Assembly: GCA_032718475.1 (NCBI GenBank)
Contig: JAUCBJ010008100.1
Span: 1 to 64,000 of the forward strand
From: Nemertoderma westbladi
Taxonomy: Eukaryota; Animalia; Xenacoelomorpha
Direction: 5' to 3'
DNA length: 64,000 nt
The notes beneath the pieces were generated by a model. The model did no database searches. It saw nothing but the letters and a program-made list of their open reading frames with translations, and had not been told where the DNA came from. Position numbers and translations under genes: made by a program. This document shows, piece after piece, positions 25,529 to 36,858 of this stretch. Positions within the stretch are counted from its first letter, which is position 1. Each line of letters opens with the position of its first letter.

Positions 25529-26728
25529 TGTAAAAGCTTTTGCTGAATTGTCCGGTTATTTTTCCTTATTTTTCCCGTAAAATACTCTGTAGTTGGTTTA
25601 CCAGGCATAAAAAGGCCGTGTCCTTGCTGTACTGGTGTTTTAGCGGACATAAAAGCTATTTCTTCTGTATTTGTACTTTAGAGGACATAATCCGTAATTC
25701 CGTGACGTAAAAGCTCGATACTCTTGAAAACAGTGTCGCTACCATGACGACGGCTAGCAGCTGATATTGCCACGTCGACGTTTCTTTGTTTCTTTGTTCT
25801 CTCGTTGTTCAGGTTGACCAATCAGAGCGTTTGTTGTCTCTGTGTTGGAGGTGTATACAGAAACTCAGTAGTTCAGTGTTATGTTTTTGCCCAGAGCCTA
25901 AGAACCGGCTTTTGGCACCTCCGTGTTTTCAGTTTTTAGTCTTACACTAGTAGGCTTAATTATAAGGACATATATCCGTTATCAAACTGATGTCTGATGT
26001 CTGATGTCTGCATACTGCAGTACTGCATACTGTGTAACACTGTGCATACTTTTATATTGTTATACTGCTATTTACTGTCAGTTCTTCATAATATGGTTGA
26101 TGAATTATTATATTTGGAATAACGACAAATAACCCCGAAAACCCAATATTCTTGATATACCGAAGGTAAGAGAGAAAGGTTACAGATAAATGATTGCGAC
26201 CTATGTTGAGTGGTTTGAAGTGAATCTAATGTTATTTGATAGACCCTACATGATTCGGTCCGTGTTCCTTTTATATGTGACTAAAATCAGTGAAGATCGG
26301 CAGATCAGTGTGCAGTATTGTGCAGCATTGTGTATGAGTGAGACTGATAACGAAGCATTTCCTAAAGAATGCGCCATATATGTGAATTCTAACTAAGCCA
26401 TATCGTTGTGAGTAGTTTAAGTCATAACTCTGTTTATATAGATAGAGCGCCACGTCCTAAAGGAACTGTTAATATTTCCCGAAGGTGAATAATATTGTCA
26501 GAGATTATATAATACTGTCAGTCGAATAATACATTAGGCTTACATAGCAATAAAATTAAGCCGTCGAACCCAATCTCCCGGGTATATCCAGCGGGTGAAT
26601 GATCGCGCACAGATTGGTTTCGACTAGTGTAGTGAATTAAATACTTGTCATAGACTAAAGGTGATTTATTATCTAGAAGACATCCTAATTTGGCGGGTTA
26701 AACTGCCAAAGGTCTGAAAGCGCGAACA
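25529..26728 (+). repeat. 5' LTR of the inner element (1200 bp)
   Basis: TGTAAAAGC...GCGCGAACA; differs from the 3' LTR by about 2 substitutions and one 7-bp CATACTG indel. Confidence 0.97.
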
Positions 26729-26739
26729 ATAACGGATAT
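26729..26739 (+). promoter_or_regulatory. Non-tRNA primer-binding site, complementary to LTR 25972-25982 (putative self-priming)
   Basis: ATAACGGATAT immediately after the LTR-terminal CA is the exact reverse complement of ATATCCGTTAT in the LTR; no TGG is present. Confidence 0.7.
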
Positions 26740-27089
26740 TTAGTCTGTATTGCAGTGTAGGCATTAAATACAGTTTAATATTGTTCTGGTAAGAACAATA
26801 ACGGATATTGCTTCTTTATTGCAGTAAGCAATAAAGTTGAAAGTACCGGTCAACCGGTAAACCTGAACAGTCCATCTGTAGGTCAGTAGGACCAACTGCC
26901 AGAACCGGTACTGCCGTATAAGTACATTAGTATTATTCGACTTGATTGTTGTATACCGGTAGGCTGTTTAAGAGATTAGGGACTGTACACCCCTTGTTTC
27001 TTTTGGAGCTTACTTATTTCTGTCAGTTTTATTTGTTAGTAGGCCAGTATTGAACAGAAGGCGTGTAAACCTGATCAGATTGTACAGAC

Positions 27090-27650
27090 GATTGTAGGCT
27101 GAGCTGTTGTCTGATTGCTGTTAAGTCTGAACGAATTGCAGTGTGTGTAGATCATCTGTCCGATTAAGTACGGTTAGGAAGTAGGGGCAGCGAATGCTGT
27201 AAGGTAAACCCCCAACTAAAGAATAAGTCGTACTACTGGGTTAGAACGCATACTCCCTAATCATTTCGGAGTCTGCATGTCCTGTAGTTTATTTAGGCTT
27301 GAGAGTAGTCTGCCATCGTTTAGTCTGTACTTTGTTTGTGTAAGTCTGTACGGGTAGCGTATAATTTTATTTAGATAATTTGTAGGCTGGATAATTGTCT
27401 GGCTGTTATTAGGTCTGAACGGATTGCAGTGTGTGTAGATCACTTGTCCGATTAAGTACGGTTAGGAAGTAGGGGCAGCGAACGCTGTAAGGTAAACCCC
27501 TAACTAAAGAATAAGTCGCACTACTGGGTTAGAGCGCATACTCCCTAATCATTTCGGAGTCTGCATGTCCTGTAGTTTGTTTAGGCTTGATAGTAGTCTG
27601 TCAGTGTTCGGTCTGCATTTTGTTTGAGTAGTTTGTACGCGTAGCGTAAT
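27090..27650 (+). repeat. Tandem duplication of about 288 bp in the inner element 5' leader
   Basis: TTGCAGTGTGTGTAGATCA...GATTAAGTACGGTTAGGAAGTAGGGGCAGCGAA at about 27135 and 27424; single copy in the outer element (about 52650-52930). Confidence 0.9.
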
Positions 27651-28970
27651 ATTTATTATTCAGAGTTTATGCGATTATTCGCAACATTCATATTCCCCAA
27701 GTTTGTTCCTACAGTAATTGTGTTTGTTATACATACCGTTATAGTTAAATTAACCCCGGTACTACACGGGCTGCTTGGCGTAGGTAAAGACTGGTGATTT
27801 TGTGCACCGGTCACTCCAGCAGATGCCATGGTTCTTTTAGCTGTTCAAGTATAGGTAACTACTGATTATCTGTTGTACAAGTACTCGTACCTAATTTAGG
27901 GTTTAGTGTACAGTGCTTTCCGAAAGTAATTATTGTAGGCATTATATTTGTGTTGTAAAGTGGTTGATAGGCACCTTCGATTAGCTCTATTAACTTCTAG
28001 GTAGGAACACTCCGTGATACATAACGTAGAACCTATAGCGATATGGCCATAGGTCGTCAGGCGGTGGTATTTTCCTATCTAGACAGCGCAGTGTATTTAA
28101 TACTACGTATTATTTCAAATACCGCAGTACCCTGTCCGTTGTAATAACCAGATTTCTAACCCTTTGTTAGGCTGGTTTGTAGACTTCTTGTAAAATTACC
28201 CTAAAAATTCGTATTTTGTGTTTTTGTAAATTTTTATGTTTATTTAGAGATTGTAATCCCAACCCGAATTGTACGTAATTTGTAGTATTAAGTAACTTAG
28301 GTAAATTAGAATTATTTGTTTTAGTGTCCTATAAGTAACACTTCACTGAAAGCGCACCGCTTTGTGTAGTGATTACTCCCCAGAAATAATAACATTTATT
28401 TCAACATTGACAAAACCCGTTAAACGGGTATATATATATTATAAATCAACTCAAACGATTTATAAATAGTAGGCCTGCCATAAAACCATTAGGTCTCAAT
28501 ATCAGTTGGACTACTGTTCAAATAACGGTAATAAAGTAAGTAAAGTAACAAAGTAACCCTAAAGTTCAGAAATTCAATTATTTAAAATAATTGATATACC
28601 GGTATTTACGATAGGCCTATTATCTTTATTTCTGTAAATTTAGGCTGAAATTATACCGGTACTTGTAATTAATTCTAGTCCAGAATTATATATACTACAA
28701 ATTGTAAGCTGTATACCGGTATTCCCGATAGGCCTATTATATATTTATATATATTTGTGCTAAAATTATACCGGTATTCTGAGATAAACCTAGTCTGTAA
28801 TAATACTTATATATACTATAAGCATACCGGTATTCTAATATATTATATATATATCACGCTACACTGAGTAGCAGTATCGGTAATTAATTACTAGGCTAGC
28901 AGTTAATACTGAATTACTAGACTTGCTTAGACTGTAATATAGCAGTAGGCATTCAACTGTACAAACAAAA

Positions 28971-31900
28971 ATGTCTGACACAAAACGGGCACTGTCAGAT
29001 AGTCTTTTGGAAGGTGTTAGAATCAGCCTTAGACTTGGACAGGGTCTTGAAAGGAAGATGGCAGAGGCAATGGCAACAGCAGAAGCGAAAAGAAAGGCGG
29101 CAGAGGCAATGGCAACAGTAGAAGCGGAAAGAAAGATAGAGACACCTGTACTCCCAGAACCTGCCTATAAATTCCCTTTGTACAGTACTAAACTACCTGT
29201 GCCCAGTAGGACTGTTCCCGAGTCCGAACCCATCCTGGACGCCGAGCGAGATATTAAGAATTTATCGCCCGTCGTCTCTCGCTCGCCCGCTACAACGTTG
29301 GCGACTCCCGCTTCGGCGGTTGAGTGGGTAGCTGAGGGACGACGGGAGATGCGTCTCCTGCTCGAGCAGCTGAGGGAACACTGTTTGTGCTCCTCTCAGC
29401 AGGTCCGGGAAATGGAAGAGACTGTTCAGCAGCTCAAGGGAACAGTAAGGGAAAGTAGGTTAGAGTTGCAAAAGGTGCAGCAAAGTATCGCGTTAGAATG
29501 CGATAAATTAGTGAACATACAAAGGGGTATAACACCACCCCCTGTAACAATGTGTCAACCCGTTAGGTCTGAAGTATTTCATGCGCAAGGTGTGGAGCCT
29601 ACACGCATCTATACTGCTAGTGAAGTAGAAACTCCTATAGTAAACCCTATTCAGGGTAATTATAAACCTGTTGATAATAATATTCCATATAGACCTGATC
29701 ATAATCCGAGAAATTTATATACCGATAATTCTATATTCAATTATACGATGGCTCAAGAAAGTTTTACGCGTCAAATGGCTAGAACCGAAGCCCGGCAAGC
29801 GGTAAAGGTGGGAGAGATCGTCAAGTTCAATGGAGATGAGATGAAATGGTTACCTTTTAATGAATATTATAAAGATAACATACAGAACTCTGTACTATCT
29901 AACGGAGAGAAACTTAGATTCCTCATCGAATGTTTGGAAGGACCTCCCAAGTCAATGGCGTTAAAATTTATTGGACATCCAGATGGATTAAGACAAGTTT
30001 GGGATACACTAAACATCAGGTATGGTAATAGGACTAACATAGCTAGGTATTTATATGCGAAATTAATGGCGCCCCGAAAGTTTCTTAGCAGCGGGATTAT
30101 AGAGTTTTCCGATGAGATTCAGGAGATCTGTAGACAACTAGATTGGTTAGGTAAGTCTCATGAATACCAGAATTCTATGGTTGTAGGAGCCTTAGCATCT
30201 ACTTTGCCCAAGGGTGGAGTAGGTACACGCTGGGACAAGAAGGTGTTATATATGATGGAACAACAACAACGAGACCCTACCATGGCTGATCTCATGTCAT
30301 TCCTGGATAGCGAGGTGAAATTACAGCTCATAAAGCAGTCCAGAGAGAAGACAGCGGAAAGTAAGGTAAGTGAGAAACCCGTTTCTAGGAGAAGGGTAAC
30401 ACCAGTATGTTATACCGACGACGGTGAAAGCCAAACTTCTCAAGGAGAGGACAGCGGGAAAGACACTGACAGATCTTATTATGTCAATAAAATGCCTAAA
30501 GATCAGGTAAGTAAATCCGAGTCTCGACCCAATGACAGAAGGGAACCGGTACAAAAAACCCTTCCTACGTCTCCTAAAAGAATTCAGGTGAGAAAGCCCG
30601 AGGAAAGAACAAGTGTGCACCACATAGCACAGGTTAAAGTAAGTAACATCAAGCCGAAATGTGTGCTGTGCTACGGGCCCCACCGTTTAAATGTGTGTGA
30701 TAAATTCCTGAGGAAATCACTTGAGGATAGACGTGAAGTCATGTGGGATAAGCGGTTGTGTTATATTTGCCTCAGACGAGGACACCAACGGCGAACCTGT
30801 AACTCCGACGCAAGGTGTGCAAAGTGCGGCGCAAAACATCATATCTTGTTGCACATGGAATTCGAACGAAACAGCCCGAGTCAGGTAAGTGAGTCCGAAC
30901 TACATGTCCAATTCAGTGATGTGAACGACACTGATCAATCTGAGATGGAAGGATTCTATACGGACGAGTTCTCCGACCAAAACGAATCCTGTTACCTAAT
31001 AAACACCACCGCAGTGTATCGAGCACTCGTGTATGAGAAAGACACAGACAGCGACCTTACCTTAACTACTTCCGATCAACAACCATCTTGGAAAGCGCCA
31101 ACTTCCAATATAGGAATCCGAGAATTTCCTGTAGTCCAGTTACGGGTCCACGGACCTCAGAAGAGCTATATAGTGAACGCCCTCCTGGACTCCGGTAGCA
31201 CAGGAACATTCATCGATAGGGAACTAGCCGAAGTCATCTTTGCTGGACAACCCAAGTTCCGAACCAAGCTAAACCTGTCAGGGATCATGCAGGTTTGGAA
31301 TTCTACTGTAGCTGCCGACTATTATATATGTGAGTTGTCCACCCCCCAAGACGAACTAGGAGAACATAGCATAAGGTCAGTGAAAATGGTGGCTATAAAG
31401 AACTTCGCTACTACTCAAGCAGACCTTTATAATTGGGACGAGGATGAGAGCATCCAACATCTTAACATACCTCGATTCCAGACTGATTATCCTGGAGTGC
31501 AAATACTCATCGGCCAAAACGCGCATGAGGCGCTGGAGACATTAGAGAAACGGCCTGCTCAACCGCAGCCACTACAGACCTATGCGGTAAGAACTAGAGT
31601 AGGTTGGTACCTTACTGGACCTTCCCGTAGAACGCTCAGGGAAAGAATGCTTCAAGATCGCGTCTGCCAGGTGAGTGAATGGGAAGATGATACTAGTGAG
31701 GGAGACGACCCAACTGAGGGAACACCACACTCCTCAGATAATGACAATCTTAGCTCCAATGTAGATCAATGGAAATATTGCCCCAAGAAGTTTAATCCAA
31801 CGGACATCGCTTCCAGAGGAGCAACTCCTCAAGAACTGACAGATACTACAGACCGATTAGGTGAACCCGACTTCCTGAGTAAGGAGAATGAATGGCCTCC

Positions 31901-32399
31901 CCATCTTACTCCGACTGAGATTATACCAGCCAAGGGAGCGGAGAAAGTCGAACCTGAAACCCGGACGTGTGGATCGGAGTTATTTGAACCCGGGATAGAT
32001 CTGTCGGTATTACATGTTGCCAGGGACGACGCTGTGGATCTGGGCCTCCCCACCGCGAGTGGATCCTTCATGAAGATCAGAGAGAGCGATTGGAGCTCTG
32101 GAACATCAGACGTCTCGCAGGGACTCTCACCTCTCCTGCAGAGAGCGACGGACCACTATAGCTCCTGGAATCGGCTTTGTGACGCCGTCATATACTTTGA
32201 GCGATGTTTCTATCGTCACTATTCCAGGACGAAGAGGAAACCTGGAATTGTATTCAGGATGCAGCGACTCAATCACCCAGTCGGTCGTTTGTGTTTATCG
32301 GAAGGGAATGGAGGACTCTCCGGAAACTGTGGAAGGCAAGATTCTCTTCCCACGACCACCTCCCTAATCCTTCAAACATCTAGGGACTCCATAACGTAA
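28971..32399 (+). CDS. Gag-protease polyprotein of the non-autonomous BEL element, fused in frame to RNase H-region and integrase C-terminal remnants
   Basis: Uninterrupted 1142 aa: FNGDEMKWLPF (DUF1759-like), CVLCYGPHRLNVC/CYICLRRGHQRRTC/CAKCGAKHHILLH, ALLDSGSTGTF, QWKYCPKKFNPTDIASRG, HPVGRLCL; no YxDD and no integrase core. Confidence 0.9.
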   Translation: MSDTKRALSDSLLEGVRISLRLGQGLERKMAEAMATAEAKRKAAEAMATVEAERKIETPVLPEPAYKFPLYSTKLPVPSRTVPESEPILDAERDIKNLSPVVSRSPATTLATPASAVEWVAEGRREMRLLLEQLREHCLCSSQQVREMEETVQQLKGTVRESRLELQKVQQSIALECDKLVNIQRGITPPPVTMCQPVRSEVFHAQGVEPTRIYTASEVETPIVNPIQGNYKPVDNNIPYRPDHNPRNLYTDNSIFNYTMAQESFTRQMARTEARQAVKVGEIVKFNGDEMKWLPFNEYYKDNIQNSVLSNGEKLRFLIECLEGPPKSMALKFIGHPDGLRQVWDTLNIRYGNRTNIARYLYAKLMAPRKFLSSGIIEFSDEIQEICRQLDWLGKSHEYQNSMVVGALASTLPKGGVGTRWDKKVLYMMEQQQRDPTMADLMSFLDSEVKLQLIKQSREKTAESKVSEKPVSRRRVTPVCYTDDGESQTSQGEDSGKDTDRSYYVNKMPKDQVSKSESRPNDRREPVQKTLPTSPKRIQVRKPEERTSVHHIAQVKVSNIKPKCVLCYGPHRLNVCDKFLRKSLEDRREVMWDKRLCYICLRRGHQRRTCNSDARCAKCGAKHHILLHMEFERNSPSQVSESELHVQFSDVNDTDQSEMEGFYTDEFSDQNESCYLINTTAVYRALVYEKDTDSDLTLTTSDQQPSWKAPTSNIGIREFPVVQLRVHGPQKSYIVNALLDSGSTGTFIDRELAEVIFAGQPKFRTKLNLSGIMQVWNSTVAADYYICELSTPQDELGEHSIRSVKMVAIKNFATTQADLYNWDEDESIQHLNIPRFQTDYPGVQILIGQNAHEALETLEKRPAQPQPLQTYAVRTRVGWYLTGPSRRTLRERMLQDRVCQVSEWEDDTSEGDDPTEGTPHSSDNDNLSSNVDQWKYCPKKFNPTDIASRGATPQELTDTTDRLGEPDFLSKENEWPPHLTPTEIIPAKGAEKVEPETRTCGSELFEPGIDLSVLHVARDDAVDLGLPTASGSFMKIRESDWSSGTSDVSQGLSPLLQRATDHYSSWNRLCDAVIYFERCFYRHYSRTKRKPGIVFRMQRLNHPVGRLCLSEGNGGLSGNCGRQDSLPTTTSLILQTSRDSIT

Positions 32400-34052
32400 C
32401 AACATATGGAGTGGGTGTGTGACTCTATTATTTTATATTATTTTATTATTTTTATATTTCTGTATGTATTACTATGTAATTTTATTATAATCGTTTTCTT
32501 TAATTTTATTCAGTAGAATGTTATTTTAGCGATTATTTAGTAGATTAGTGCAATATATATTCGCGTTTATTACTTAATTACGTATATATTATATTTAATG
32601 CGACGGCAAGAAATAATTCTTTTCCTCTTTCCTTACTGCCCGTATCATATTATAAATACGTGACTACAGTAAGATGAAATGTCCGTACTTATTAAAGTAC
32701 AATAAAGCCACTACTATATTCAAGTATTATTGGTAGGCAGAGTATTAGGAATGCAAAGTTCAGATCCTCGTGTCTCGGCTAAACCAAGCTCTGGGTAGAC
32801 CTTGGAAACGACTTGCCTCTTCACACTGACATTGCTTCGTGCGATATTGCTCTCATACCGTATATTAAATAATACATATAGTAGCGTGATGTCCCTTTAA
32901 CAGTAGCGTATAACGCAAAATAAATCTGTTAAACCCTTTGACCATCTGTAATTCTAGTCGATTAAGATATCGTGGCACCCACCGATATACTTGAAAGACA
33001 AATTATAGAATCAGTGGTTAACGTCCCCAGACAAGTTCTGGAATAAATCGGTGCCCATCTCAAATATTAATTATTTAATATTTGCAAATCTAATAAGTCA
33101 AAATCTGTAAAATTCAGATCCTTCAACAATTCTAGTCAATTAAGATATCGTAGCATTTACCGATATTCTTAAAAAAGACAATTGTCATAGAATTAAGGAT
33201 CTTGTGTCCCTAGACATGTTCTAGAATCAAAATATGTCCATTTAATTATCAAATAATAAAATTTCAGGGAATAAATTTAAATTCATGCCTTTTAATGAAT
33301 TTAATAAATTGCCATTTTTACGCAATTTATAAAGTTCCCAAAATTCCATTAATTAATAGATCAAGGGAGCGGAGATTTATCTTATTATGCATATGAGTGT
33401 GCGAAAGTCTCCCAAACATAGTCAATAGCCGATAAAATTCATAAAGTCATGTATAAAACAGAACATTGACTATTAAAGAATACTATTAAATAACATCCCA
33501 GATCTGTATGCATTGGAATCACCCTAATTCTACCGCTAGCTTTGCATAATGTCACCATAGCAACAACCACGCTAGAATTAGAATTGAGTTAAAAGAACAA
33601 TAGAAAGCTTGTCCCATTGAATAGCATAGGGAATAAATAGCGCACTGCTAGTATCCAAGGATACATAATAATACAGTGACATTCTGGAAGGCATTGACTA
33701 ACGGACAAATGGCCCGAATGTGTGTAGTTGTGACCAGTTGTGTGGTATTTGTGAGTTTATAGGTGAATGTTACTGCTAAAGTGTGTTTACAGTAGCTAGT
33801 CGCAATCGTAAAAGTAACCTAACTCTCCAAGGAAAACCTGAAGTACATCTAAGCCTTTGGGACGGACAGTTGAGTGACTTGTGCCGGTTGTCGTTGTCAT
33901 TGTGCGGCTACGTCGTTGGCGAAAGTGCAGCGGCGACGACACATCGGCGCTGAGGATCTCGTACTGTCCGGGGGTTGATTGGGGTAGGCAGCGACGCCCG
34001 CTCGCCTAAATGTGGACTCATTATAATATGGATAAACTCATATATAGCAGAT

Positions 34053-35543
34053 ATGACGGAGTTGATAGAAGATGGTCTTGGTATCGGGGAGCGATATACT
34101 CTACTTTTACAAGCGTTTGTTGATAGCTTAATATGCGGCGACGTTAGTCCAACTGCTGCGGATGACGATGGTCGTTATATCGAACCGCCAATGTCCCAAG
34201 AGCAGCTCACGCGTGAGTTGGACTATAGAAAATTCGCTGCTTGATATACGCAGCGTAATGGTACGTATATGGACTTCTTAACTACTGGTCATCCTATCGA
34301 CCTACACGATACGAACGATATAGACACCAAAGGGAAATGGTTTATTTAAATATCATACCCAGCGGAAGCGGAACGATAAATTGAGACTCGAACACGAAAA
34401 TTCTATTCGAAACCGACTTGAAAGTGCAGATGTCGAAATGCCGGATAAACGCAGCGACTCCACCAAATACCTGGAATTCTTGAGAGAAACCTATCTCGAT
34501 ATTACCAGTCAACAGAATCTAGAAACTCGATATCCTCAAGGTATACATCATGACCGCATGGTAGAACTCAAACGGCTCTATTCCACTATGATGTATCTTA
34601 CCGCTGATCGATCGCTACCTGTTGTACCGGATAGCTTCGAACGGATGGAGGAATATTGTAAGCTGGAGAAAGATCACTCGCGTTTCCCCTACAAGACGTA
34701 CGTTTTTGGGTATTATTACGGTAAATGCCCTAGACCCAGCCAATAAACGGAAAGACATAAACATCCACGGAAACGTTGTGTTAAACACAGTTGTGTTCGT
34801 TATATTTACTGGAGTTTCGAGCGAAACTTGTTTGACGTATCACCTATGCTCACTCGGCTCTAACGATCCTAGAGTAAACCTACGATCAGAGTCCCGGAAT
34901 ACTCGGTCAAACCTCCTCATTCCTTAGTTGGACCTCAGACCTGCGATCCTGGTGGTGTCGCGGATCCTCGCGGACTGTATTCACTGTTCAAAGATCTAGT
35001 GCTACCCTAACAATTAATCGGTAACACTCCGACAGTGATTTCTAGCTAGCCGCCCATCTTACCTAGCCGGATTGTGACGCGGACACCTAATATCACTATC
35101 CAACCGTATGGTCGTTCCTGTTTAACGCGATACAACCCCTCATCAAGGTGAAGGAGAGCGTTGTACGAAACGAGTTAAACGCTATTCTATAAAGATCAAA
35201 AAGAAACCTGCGTTTGTTCAGATAAACGTAAGTTATAACAGTAAGTCCAATCGATAAACGAATTGGCCTTATCTCAATTCGATTGGGAAATCCAGAATCT
35301 CTAAGAAGTTATCGAACTTGGACGATCCTATTCTCTGCGAGAGTTTTTGGATGAACGTATCCAGCTACGAGCGGAGGAAAATCAGCTCGAGGAGAAGCAT
35401 ATCGAAACGGCGGATACCCCGACCATAATCCTACACCTTCTGATGCAATCATATTGCACCCTTCACCCAGGATTTATAGCCCTCCTAGTAAAGTGGCTCC
35501 CCCAAAGAGAAAAGGACTCTTGCTAGCCTCAAGAAACTGCGTA
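34053..35543 (+). pseudogene. Deleted and decayed ORF3 of the inner element
   Basis: Homologous to outer 39698-38150, then jumps near 35405 to the last ~45 codons (PSDAI.LHPSPR); many stops; exonuclease and knuckles absent. Confidence 0.85.
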
Positions 35544-35646
35544 AACACCGTCCGCGCAAAGAAACTAACTGTTTAGAGTATCTTTATGTTTTAGAAACTG
35601 TGATTTTTATATTTTATAGACTGAAAATCCCATTTTCTGGGAGCGG

Positions 35647-36853
35647 TGTAAAAGCTTTTGCTGAATTGTCCGGTTATTTTTCCTTATTTTTCCCGTAAAA
35701 TACTCTGTAGTTGGTTTACCAGGCATAAAAAGGCCGTGTCCTTGCTGTACTGGTGTTTTAGCAGACATAAAAGCTATTTCTTCTGTATTTGTACTTTAGA
35801 GGACATAATCCGTAATTCCGTGACGTAAAAGCTCGATACTCTTGAAAACAGTGTCGCTACCATGATGACGGCTAGCAGCTGATATTGCCACGTCGACGTT
35901 TCTTTGTTTCTTTGTTCTCTCGTTGTTCAGGTTGACCAATCAGAGCGTTTGTTGTCTCTGTGTTGGAGGTGTATACAGAAACTCAGTAGTTCAGTGTTAT
36001 GTTTTTGCCCAGAGCCTAAGAACCGGCTTTTGGCACCTCCGTGTTTTCAGTTTTTAGTCTTACACTAGTAGGCTTAATTATAAGGACATATATCCGTTAT
36101 CAAACTGATGTCTGATGTCTGATGTCTGCATACTGCATACTGCAGTACTGCATACTGTGTAACACTGTGCATACTTTTATATTGTTATACTGCTATTTAC
36201 TGTCAGTTCTTCATAATATGGTTGATGAATTATTATATTTGGAATAACGACAAATAACCCCGAAAACCCAATATTCTTGATATACCGAAGGTAAGAGAGA
36301 AAGGTTACAGATAAATGATTGCGACCTATGTTGAGTGGTTTGAAGTGAATCTAATGTTATTTGATAGACCCTACATGATTCGGTCCGTGTTCCTTTTATA
36401 TGTGACTAAAATCAGTGAAGATCGGCAGATCAGTGTGCAGTATTGTGCAGCATTGTGTATGAGTGAGACTGATAACGAAGCATTTCCTAAAGAATGCGCC
36501 ATATATGTGAATTCTAACTAAGCCATATCGTTGTGAGTAGTTTAAGTCATAACTCTGTTTATATAGATAGAGCGCCACGTCCTAAAGGAACTGTTAATAT
36601 TTCCCGAAGGTGAATAATATTGTCAGAGATTATATAATACTGTCAGTCGAATAATACATTAGGCTTACATAGCAATAAAATTAAGCCGTCGAACCCAATC
36701 TCCCGGGTATATCCAGCGGGTGAATGATCGCGCACAGATTGGTTTCGACTAGTGTAGTGAATTAAATACTTGTCATAGACTAAAGGTGATTTATTATCTA
36801 GAAGACATCCTAATTTGGCGGGTTAAACTGCCAAAGGTCTGAAAGCGCGAACA
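35647..36853 (+). repeat. 3' LTR of the inner element (1207 bp)
   Basis: Near-identical to 25529-26728; preceded by PPT-like CTGGGAGCGG. Confidence 0.97.
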
Positions 36854-36858
36854 ATAGG

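Larger units (their letters stand above)
25529..36853 (+). mobile_element. Non-autonomous BEL/Pao LTR retrotransposon (inner element), internally deleted relative of the outer element
   Basis: LTRs 25529-26728 and 35647-36853; TSD ATAGG (25524-25528, 36854-36858); colinear homology with the outer element in opposite orientation. Confidence 0.97.

Noticed and set aside
26190-26453. Short ORFs repeated identically at 36315-36578
   Set aside because: Identity only reflects the two LTR copies; they are not conserved as ORFs in the outer LTR.
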